From: Patescibacteria group bacterium
GTDB taxonomy: Bacteria; Patescibacteriota; Minisyncoccia; UBA6257; UBA9933
DNA length: 64,000 nucleotides
Direction: 5' to 3'
NCBI GenBank assembly: GCA_038078555.1
Contig: JBBTYQ010000001.1
Coordinates: 156,158 to 220,157 of the forward strand
Shown piece after piece: positions 46,896 to 53,423 of the stretch; position 1 is the stretch's first letter; every line of letters starts with the position of its first letter. The translations under genes were made by a program, and so were the position numbers. The notes beneath the pieces are model-generated. The model saw only the letters and a list, made by a program, of their open reading frames with translations, ran no database searches and had not been told where the DNA came from.

Positions 46896-47548
46896 TTTCT
46901 TTTGTTAAAAGCATAAAATCAGGCGCCTGGTTTAATAGGGTTGTTAAGTATTTTGTTATCAGCGACTTATTGCTTTGGACCGGCTGGGGCGTTATTGACC
47001 CGATTTTTTCTGTTTTTATTGTCAGTAAAATTGTCGGCGCCACTCTTCTTTCAGTCGGGCTCATGGCAACCATATATTGGCTTACGCGGGCCGTTTTTCA
47101 GATTCCCATCTCGCTTTATCTTGATAAAAACGACGGAGAAAAAGACGATTTTTATATTTTGATTATTGGCATTATAATTGTCGGAATCAGCGCTTTAGGC
47201 TTAGTTTTTTCCAAAGAATTATGGCAGATTTATTTGATTCAATTTGTAAAAGGCGCTGGATTTGCGCTTTATCTTCCTTCTTGGCTGGCGATTTTTTCCC
47301 GGCACTTGGATAAAAATCATACTGCCTTGGATTGGGCAATCAATAGCAGCGCGGTAAGCTTGGGCGTTGGTTTGGCTGGAATTATCGGAGGCACAGTCGC
47401 CACTTTGTTTGGCTTTAAGCTTGTTTTTTTAAGCGCGTCTGTATTTGCCATACTAAGCGCGATAGTATTGCTTTTGGTTTCCAATTCAATAATGCCGAGA
47501 GATAAGGCAAAAGTTGCCTTAGAAAAACAATTATTAAGAAACCAATAA
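46892..47548 (+). CDS. six-TM membrane protein (MFS-like half-size)
   Basis: Six hydrophobic segments. ATGA overlap with the upstream gene. Confidence 0.5.
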   Translation: MISFVKSIKSGAWFNRVVKYFVISDLLLWTGWGVIDPIFSVFIVSKIVGATLLSVGLMATIYWLTRAVFQIPISLYLDKNDGEKDDFYILIIGIIIVGISALGLVFSKELWQIYLIQFVKGAGFALYLPSWLAIFSRHLDKNHTALDWAINSSAVSLGVGLAGIIGGTVATLFGFKLVFLSASVFAILSAIVLLLVSNSIMPRDKAKVALEKQLLRNQ

Positions 47549-47614
47549 AAGTTGATTTTTTGAAATGTTTATTTATTATTAATTAAGACCTTCAATAATT
47601 TAAAGGAGGATATT

Positions 47615-47719
47615 ATGGCAAACGTAGAGAGAGTCGGTAGCCTGCGTCGGAAGAGAATTAAAAAGCTCAAAAAGCTAAAATCTAAAAAAAGAAAAGAGAT
47701 AACGCCCCGGCAGAAATAG
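47615..47719 (+). CDS. 34-aa highly basic peptide (not in ORF track)
   Basis: AAAGGAGGatattATG SD. The translation is MANVERVGSLRRKRIKKLKKLKSKKRKEITPRQK. The CCCCGGC-agaaata-GCCGGGG terminator plus T-run spans its stop codon. Confidence 0.5.
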   Translation: MANVERVGSLRRKRIKKLKKLKSKKRKEITPRQK

Positions 47720-47794
47720 CCGGGGTTTTTTATTTAACAATATCGTAAAATGACAGATTAAAATCTGTAAGCTATAATTATTTTAAACAAAATC

Positions 47795-49528
47795 ATGTCC
47801 AACAAAGAAATAGCCAAAATTTTTCATAATATGGCGCTTTATCTGGAGGTGGAGGGCGTGATTTTTAAGCCGCAGGCTTATGAGCGGGCGGCGATGAGTT
47901 TTGATGTTTTATCAGAAGATATTCGCGAAATTTATAAAAAAGAAGGCATCAAAGGAATAAGAAAAATTTCAGGAGTGGGCGAGAGTATGGCCGATAAAAT
48001 TGTTGAATATTTGGAAAAGGGGAAAATTAAAGAATACGAAAATTTTAAGCGGAAAATACCCATTGATATTGAAGAACTTATAGCGGTTGAGGGAGTGGGC
48101 CCGAAAATGATAAAAACTCTTTATCAAAAATTAAAAATAAAAAATCTTCAAGACCTGGAAAAAGCCGCTAAGTCCGGGAAAATCAGAAATTTGCCTAAAT
48201 TTGGAGAAAAAAAAGAGCAAAATATTTTGCAAAGCATTGAGTTTTTAAAGCGCGCCAAAGGAAGGTATTTATTAGGCGATATTTTGCCGACTGTTAAAGA
48301 AGTAATCATAGGATTAAAAAATATAAAAGATGTTAAGGAGGCGCATGTAGTTGGCTCTTTGCGCCGAATGAAAGAAACTATCGGTGATGTGGATGTTTTA
48401 GTTGTTGCCGAAAAACCTCAAAAGGTGATGGATTATTTTGTTTCAATGCCGGGAATTGAAAAAATCTTGGCTAAAGGCGCGACTAAATCTTCGGTTAGGA
48501 TGAGCGCTGGTTTTGATATTGACATAAGAGTGGTTTCTGAAAAAAGCTATGGTTCGGCTTTGCAGTATTTTTCCGGCTCAAAGGAGCATAATATCGCTTT
48601 AAGAAAAATAGCGATCAGTAAGGGATTAAAATTAAACGAATACGGCTTGTTTGAAGGAGTAAAAATGATTGCTGGAAAATCCGAAGAAGAAATATATGAA
48701 AAATTGGGTATGGCGTGGATTCCGGCGGAACTTCGAGAAAATAGCGGCGAAATTGAACTAGCCCAGAAAAATAAATTACCCGAACTTATTAAAGTCAGTG
48801 ATATTAAAGGCGATTTGCATGTCCATTCTGATTGGGATGGAGGCGAAAATTCAATTTTAGAGCTCGTTGAGTCAGCAATTAAAATGGATTATCAATATCT
48901 TGGCATAGCTGACCATACAAAATTTTTACGCATTGAAAATGGTCTTGACGAGAAACGCCTTCGCGAAAGAAATAAAGAAATTGATAAATTAAATTTTCGC
49001 CTTCGCCAAGGCTTCGGCGGGCAAGCAAAATTCCGGATTTTGAAGGGCTGCGAAGCAAATATTATGGTTGACGGCTCGATTGATATTGATGATCAAGCGC
49101 TTAAAGAGCTTGATTTTTTGATTGCCGGAATTCATTCTCAGCTAAAAATGAAAAAAAAAGAAATGACAAGTAGGATTATTAAAGCGATGCAGAATCCGCA
49201 TGTTGATATAATTTCTCATCCCACCGGAAGAATTTTGCAAAAGCGAGACGAATATGAAATGGACTTTGACAGAATTTTAAGAGTCGCTAAAGAAACAAAA
49301 ACTGTTTTAGAAATTAATTCTTTTCCGTTGAGGCTTGATCTAAAAGACATAAATATTAAAAAAGCCAAAAAAGCAGGCGTTAAAATGGTTATTAATACCG
49401 ATGCTCACCATAAAGATTCTCTGCGTCTTATGGAATACGGTGTTTCTCAGGCGCGCCGTGGCTGGGCGGAAAGGACTGATATTGTAAATTGCTGGCCAGC
49501 GGAGAAAATGTTAAAAATGTTAAAATAA
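47795..49528 (+). CDS. polX: DNA polymerase X family protein with C-terminal PHP domain
   Basis: HhH motifs (ISGVGESMADKI, VEGVGPKMIKTL). GSLRRMKETIGDVDVLV polymerase-beta nucleotidyltransferase motif. GDLHVHSDWDGG PHP motif. Confidence 0.9.
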   Translation: MSNKEIAKIFHNMALYLEVEGVIFKPQAYERAAMSFDVLSEDIREIYKKEGIKGIRKISGVGESMADKIVEYLEKGKIKEYENFKRKIPIDIEELIAVEGVGPKMIKTLYQKLKIKNLQDLEKAAKSGKIRNLPKFGEKKEQNILQSIEFLKRAKGRYLLGDILPTVKEVIIGLKNIKDVKEAHVVGSLRRMKETIGDVDVLVVAEKPQKVMDYFVSMPGIEKILAKGATKSSVRMSAGFDIDIRVVSEKSYGSALQYFSGSKEHNIALRKIAISKGLKLNEYGLFEGVKMIAGKSEEEIYEKLGMAWIPAELRENSGEIELAQKNKLPELIKVSDIKGDLHVHSDWDGGENSILELVESAIKMDYQYLGIADHTKFLRIENGLDEKRLRERNKEIDKLNFRLRQGFGGQAKFRILKGCEANIMVDGSIDIDDQALKELDFLIAGIHSQLKMKKKEMTSRIIKAMQNPHVDIISHPTGRILQKRDEYEMDFDRILRVAKETKTVLEINSFPLRLDLKDINIKKAKKAGVKMVINTDAHHKDSLRLMEYGVSQARRGWAERTDIVNCWPAEKMLKMLK

Positions 49529-49532
49529 TTTT

Positions 49533-49994
49533 ATGAGAGAAATTTCAGCGGGAATAATTATTTATCGAAAAACCAAAGACGGACTAAAATTCTTATTGCT
49601 CTATCATCGAGGCAGTTATTGGAATTTTCCTAAGGGGAAAATAGAAAAAGAGGAGCGCAGTTTTCAGACGGCAATTCGAGAAATTAGGGAAGAAACCGGA
49701 TTAGGCAGAAGCGATTTAAAATTCAGCGATTATTTCAAGGCTTACGAGCGTTTTGTTTTTTGGCGGAAAATAACCGATAAAAATGTCAAAGTATTTAAAA
49801 CAGTCATTTTTTATTTAGCAGAAACCGAAGAAAACCAGATAAAAATTTCCAAAGAACATGAAGGCTATGGCTGGTTTGATTATAAAGAAGCTATGAAGAT
49901 ACTTTCTAAATATAAAGACAGCCAAAGAATTTTAGCTCAAGCTTACGAGTTTTTGAATAAAAGAAGCGTGCGTCAAGTTAGGCCGTTAAAGTGA
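49533..49994 (+). CDS. Nudix hydrolase
   Basis: Intact Nudix box GKIEKEERSFQTAIREIREETGL. Confidence 0.85.
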   Translation: MREISAGIIIYRKTKDGLKFLLLYHRGSYWNFPKGKIEKEERSFQTAIREIREETGLGRSDLKFSDYFKAYERFVFWRKITDKNVKVFKTVIFYLAETEENQIKISKEHEGYGWFDYKEAMKILSKYKDSQRILAQAYEFLNKRSVRQVRPLK

Positions 49995-50124
49995 AGCTCT
50001 GTTAACAGGAGTTGGCGGCTTCTCTTGGAAGCCGGTGCGGAGCGAAACCCCGCACCGAAAGCCTCCGGCTTGACACCTCCATCCCCAAGCAGAGATAGGG
50101 GCTTTCTGGTGCGTGGGTAAGTAT
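49995..50124. other. GC-rich multi-hairpin element (candidate small RNA, 3'-UTR structure, or cluster of palindromic repeats)
   Basis: Consecutive hairpins: GGCTTC-tcttg-GAAGCC, GGTGCGG-agcgaaacc-CCGCACC, AAGCC-tcc-GGCTT and CCCC-aagcagagata-GGGG. The element is non-coding in all frames and much more GC-rich than its surroundings by eye. Confidence 0.35.
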
Positions 50125-50127
50125 CTT

Positions 50128-50159
50128 AAAAAAAATCCCCGGCAAACCGGGGATTTTTT
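50128..50159. terminator. bidirectional intrinsic terminator (Nudix/element on +, rplT on -)
   Basis: A-run, ATCCCCGG-caaa-CCGGGGAT, then a T-run. Confidence 0.85.
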
Positions 50160-50502
50160 ATTTTACTTTCTCTACAATTTTTTCGAATACCAGTGGTTCA
50201 TTTTTGGCTAAATCCGCTAAAATTTTTCTATCCAAAATAATGTTTTGTTTTTTAAGACCAGCAATTAGTTTGCTGTAGGTTAGGTCATGCGCTCTTACAC
50301 CCGCGTTAATTTGAACCTGCCATAAGGCGCGATAATTTCTTTTTTTCTCTTTTCTGCCTTTGAAACTGCGGCTCCAAGCGTGAAGTAATGCTTCTTTAGC
50401 CGCTCTTTCCTTAGATTTTCTGCCCCAGCGGAATCCTTTGGTATATTTTAATATTTTTTTTCTTTTTCTTGTGGCATTTTTGCCTCGTTTTACTCTGGTC
50501 AT
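50158..50502 (-). CDS. rplT: 50S ribosomal protein L20
   Basis: MTRVKRGKNATRKRKKILKYTKGFRWGR...YRALWQVQINAGVR. Confidence 0.95.
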   Translation of the reverse strand: MTRVKRGKNATRKRKKILKYTKGFRWGRKSKERAAKEALLHAWSRSFKGRKEKKRNYRALWQVQINAGVRAHDLTYSKLIAGLKKQNIILDRKILADLAKNEPLVFEKIVEKVK

Positions 50503-50571
50503 ATTATTAGTATTTTAGTGATTGGTATTTAGTGAATAGGTTTTTTATTAAATACTAATCACTATCCACTA

Positions 50572-50745
50572 TTATAAATATTTCTTAATAAGTTTTTTGC
50601 TTAAGTCGTCAATTGATCTGGTTATTTTTTTTCTTTTTATTTGTGAACTGCTTTTTTTGGCGCGAAAATGGCACAGACCCATCGCTCTTCTTAAAACCTT
50701 TCCCGTTCTTGTAACTCTTATTCTTTTAGAAACAGTTTTTCTCAT
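50572..50745 (-). CDS. rpmI: 50S ribosomal protein L35 (57 aa, below ORF-track cutoff)
   Basis: Hand translation gives MRKTVSKRIRVTRTGKVLRRAMGLCHFRAKKSSSQIKRKKITRSIDDLSKKLIKKYL. It occupies the canonical position between infC and rplT. Confidence 0.85.
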   Translation of the reverse strand: MRKTVSKRIRVTRTGKVLRRAMGLCHFRAKKSSSQIKRKKITRSIDDLSKKLIKKYL

Positions 50746-50757
50746 ATTTTGCGTAAT

Positions 50758-51258
50758 TTATTTTTTTATGATTTGCATTACCAATCCCTTTCCTCCGAAT
50801 CTCGGCTCCATAGTTATTTTTATATCAGAGGTTATCATTTTTATAAATTCATCAAGTTTATGTCTTGCCCAGTCTCTGTTATATTTTTCTCTGCCTTTTA
50901 GTATTAGCATGATTTCCACCTTATGCCCTGCCTCTAAAAATTCTTGAATTTTTTTAGCTCTTATCTCTAAATCGTTTTTAGCGGCTCTTGCGCTGATACG
51001 CACTTGTTTGAGCCCGCTGACTTTTTGGCTGGCCTTTTGTTTTTTTAGTTCTTTTTCTTTTTGATAGCGGAATTTGTCAAAGCTGATTATCTTGGCAATC
51101 GGCGGTTTTGCCGTAGCGGTTATCTCCACTAAATCCAATCCTTTTTCTTCTGCAAGTTTTAATGCCTCCTCGCGAGACATGACTCCTAAATTTGTGCCGT
51201 CTTCGTTAATTACTCTCAGCTCCGGAGCAGTTATTTGATTGTTGATTCGATAGTTAAT
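50758..51258 (-). CDS. infC: translation initiation factor IF-3, non-ATG (ATT) start
   Basis: The track ORF starts at an internal Met (51180). The frame stays open upstream and encodes I(I)NYRINNQITAPELRVINEDGTNLGVMSREEAL, the conserved IF-3 N-terminus. Tandem ATT codons lie at 51258 and 51261. An ATT start is the known autoregulatory feature of infC. Confidence 0.85.
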   Translation of the reverse strand: MNYRINNQITAPELRVINEDGTNLGVMSREEALKLAEEKGLDLVEITATAKPPIAKIISFDKFRYQKEKELKKQKASQKVSGLKQVRISARAAKNDLEIRAKKIQEFLEAGHKVEIMLILKGREKYNRDWARHKLDEFIKMITSDIKITMEPRFGGKGLVMQIIKK

Positions 51259-51353
51259 AATTTTTAGAAATTTAAAAAATTCAATGGCAACGCGGATGCA
51301 ATTGCGTATCCATTGATTTGCTGTTGAATTACAATTAAATTCTAATTGTAATT

Positions 51354-51717
51354 TGGTGGAAATGGCGGGAATTGAACCCGCGTCTGGCAGTGAATTTATA
51401 AAATATCTACAAGCTTAGCCTAATTTAAATTTAGAATTAAGAATTATGAATTAGGCAAAACATTCTCAATTCTTTGCCGTTATTGTCTTCCGATTTCCGG
51501 CAGGAGCGGAACAAGCTCAAATTATTACACCCGAAACCCTCAAATTGAGCGTTTAAGGACGGATGCTGCATTAAGCAAAAGCTAACGCAGGAGTCCCGCT
51601 CAGCGGGACTAATCTGTTTTTGGCAGATATTTTGTTTAATCCGATGATTTATGAGGTGACGAATTGTCCTCAGCTTGCTGTTTTATAAATGTGCCGCCAT
51701 CAAATCCAATCATTCCC
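51354..51717 (-). ncRNA. ssrA: tmRNA (SsrA)
   Basis: The 5' end GGGAATGATTGGATTTGATGG pairs with the 3' end ...CATTTCCACCA, including the G3:U pair. T-arm GCGGGTTCAATTCCCGC. The internal tag ORF GCC AAA AAC AGA TTA GTC CCG CTG AGC GGG ACT CCT GCG TTA GCT TTT GCT TAA encodes AKNRLVPLSGTPALAFA. It is adjacent to smpB. Confidence 0.9.
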
Positions 51718-51726
51718 ATTTGCTGA

Positions 51727-52170
51727 TTACTCTCGCAGTTTTTCCCGAATTTTCGCTTCAATGTCTCTTTTTTTAATAAGCTCTCTTTTATCGGTTTTTT
51801 TCCTGCTTTTTCCCAATCCGATATCTATCTTAATCAGGCGATTTTTAGTATAAATCTTTAAAGGCACTAAAGTCAAGCCTTTTTCCGCTACTTTACCGAT
51901 TAAGTTTTTTATCTCAGATTTTCTTAAGAGCAGTTTACGGTTGCGTTTTGAGTCGTAATCAATCGGCGCGTTTTTGGGCTGATAAGCAGGAATATCGGCG
52001 TTGATAAGCCAGGCTTCGTTTTGCCTGATTATTGCATAAGATCCCGCAAGATTAATTCTGCCGTTTTTTATTGATTTTGCCTCAAAGCCTTTCAATTCCA
52101 AACCCGCCTCAAAAGTTTCAAGGATATTGTAATCAAAGTATGCGCGTTTGTTGGTGGTGATCATTGGCAT
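51727..52170 (-). CDS. smpB: SsrA-binding protein
   Basis: NKRAYFDYNILETFEAGLELKGFEAKSI...GSYAII...RKLLLRKSEI...LVPLKIY. Confidence 0.95.
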   Translation of the reverse strand: MPMITTNKRAYFDYNILETFEAGLELKGFEAKSIKNGRINLAGSYAIIRQNEAWLINADIPAYQPKNAPIDYDSKRNRKLLLRKSEIKNLIGKVAEKGLTLVPLKIYTKNRLIKIDIGLGKSRKKTDKRELIKKRDIEAKIREKLRE

Positions 52171-52214
52171 AATTAGAGTATAAAACGATTATCGAATTAA
52201 ATAAATAATCTAAG

Positions 52215-52250
52215 TAAAAAAATGGACCATCTGTTTTGCACAAATGGCCC
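52215..52250 (-). terminator. intrinsic terminator after the 63-aa zinc-ribbon gene
   Basis: The minus strand reads GGGCCATTTGTG-caaaa-CAGATGGTCC (imperfect) followed by T7. Confidence 0.6.
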
Positions 52251-52274
52251 AAAGCGGATACTTTAAATTGCAAC

Positions 52275-52466
52275 TTACAAGCTATTTGCCATTTTTTCTA
52301 TATTCTTAAAATATTTTCGGCAACTCGGACAAAGAACGTAATCTTTGCCGTTCACCATATTTTTTAAAGCCAGCCATTCTTTCGTAACATCAGGAGCAAG
52401 AACTTCTTTCCCGCAATCATTGCATTTGTAGCTCATAATTACTCCGGCAATGTATTTTATCGGCAT
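52275..52466 (-). CDS. small zinc-ribbon protein (63 aa)
   Basis: AAAGGAGGattttATG SD. KCNDCGKE...LCPSCRKY. It resembles the N-terminal half of the upstream 111-aa protein. Confidence 0.65.
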   Translation of the reverse strand: MPIKYIAGVIMSYKCNDCGKEVLAPDVTKEWLALKNMVNGKDYVLCPSCRKYFKNIEKMANSL

Positions 52467-52478
52467 AAAATCCTCCTT

Positions 52479-52814
52479 TTATTTTTTTTCAGATCGCACC
52501 ATATGATAAATTTTTAAGCCACGACTATTTATCAAAGGTCTGTTGTTTTCGTAAAACAGTCCGCAGAAATAACAGTGATAAGCTACTCTTGCTTGATTTT
52601 TTATTTTTTCTACATGCGGATCATTAAAAGCAACTAACCCTCCGCATTCCACGCACCTTTTTGCTAAGCAGTCAAAACATATTATGTATTCAGCTTTTTT
52701 GGCATATATTTTCCAGTTTTTTATTTTGACATCGGAATAAGGAGCCGTAAACTCTTTCTTTCCGCAAAAATCGCATTTAAACAAATGAAATTTAAGCGAG
52801 CGGATTATCGGCAT
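52479..52814 (-). CDS. small double zinc-ribbon protein (111 aa)
   Basis: AAAGGAGGGGTTATG SD. Four CxxC pairs (CDFC, CFDC, CVEC, CYFC). Confidence 0.65.
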   Translation of the reverse strand: MPIIRSLKFHLFKCDFCGKKEFTAPYSDVKIKNWKIYAKKAEYIICFDCLAKRCVECGGLVAFNDPHVEKIKNQARVAYHCYFCGLFYENNRPLINSRGLKIYHMVRSEKK

Positions 52815-52892
52815 AACCCCTCCTTTTTATTAAGTTGTAAAGCTATCTTATTATAGTAAATCATATTTTTTGATAATTGTCAATCAAATTGT

Positions 52893-52923
52893 TTTAAAAT
52901 AAAAAGGAGCAGAATCGCTCCTT
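52893..52923 (-). terminator. intrinsic terminator after the 87-aa Cys-rich gene
   Basis: The minus strand reads AAGGAGC-gattct-GCTCCTT followed by TTTTATTTT. Confidence 0.75.
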
Positions 52924-53187
52924 TTAATAAAAATTTTTAGATTTATAGGCTCGAAAGATAAGAATTCTCTCTTTTTCGGGAAAACAATCTATTTTTATTT
53001 TAGCGTTACAACACAGACAACGGAGATAGGTAAGTTCGCTGTTTTTATCATAAATAGGCTTAATATCTGATATTTTTTCGCCACAGCTGTGGCGGTGTTT
53101 TTTCTTGATTGGCTGGCAAAGATGGCGTACCAAGCCGATGCCCGCTACTGGCCATTCCTCGGCGATGATTGCTGGCAATTTGCCCAT
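52924..53187 (-). CDS. small Cys/His-rich protein (87 aa)
   Basis: AAAGGAGtagggtcATG SD. HRHSCGEK...LRCLCCNAKIKIDC. Confidence 0.55.
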   Translation of the reverse strand: MGKLPAIIAEEWPVAGIGLVRHLCQPIKKKHRHSCGEKISDIKPIYDKNSELTYLRCLCCNAKIKIDCFPEKERILIFRAYKSKNFY

Positions 53188-53214
53188 GACCCTACTCCTT
53201 TTGCTTTTCGGTTT

Positions 53215-53376
53215 TCAATCCTTTTCTTTTTTATCTGTAAATTGGGGTGGCGGCGAATAGGCAAATTTATCTTTCAGTTCTTTTTGCGCGCGTTCTTCGG
53301 CATAGTTGATAAGATTTTCGTCCACCGGAATAATAGTGACTATTCCGGATTTCATTTTTCCGCACTTCTCGCACAT
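53215..53376 (-). CDS. 53-aa protein starting MCEKCGK (not in ORF track)
   Basis: Hand translation gives MCEKCGKMKSGIVTIIPVDENLINYAEERAQKELKDKFAYSPPPQFTDKKEKD. Strong SD AAGGAGGAGTAAAAATG. Its stop lies 27 nt before the next gene's start. Confidence 0.55.
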   Translation of the reverse strand: MCEKCGKMKSGIVTIIPVDENLINYAEERAQKELKDKFAYSPPPQFTDKKEKD

Positions 53377-53423
53377 TTTTACTCCTCCTTTTTAATTTTG
53401 AATTTGATGCTTTCTAAATTATA

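Noticed and set aside
49992-49994. Possible TGA recoding (alternative genetic code), which would extend ORFs such as the Nudix gene into the GC-rich region.
   Set aside because: Conserved genes show no in-frame TGA. Read-through of 49992 gives a featureless peptide that ends soon. Several genes end naturally at TGA with overlapping ATGA starts. The standard code fits.
49995-50124. Tried to read the GC-rich element as SRP (4.5S) RNA, RNase P, a tRNA or a group II intron domain V.
   Set aside because: Neither strand shows the SRP helix-8 signature (a GNRA tetraloop flanked by the AGG / AGCA internal-loop motifs). It is too short for RNase P. There is no cloverleaf and no domain-V AGC-bulge pattern. 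It is left as unclassified.
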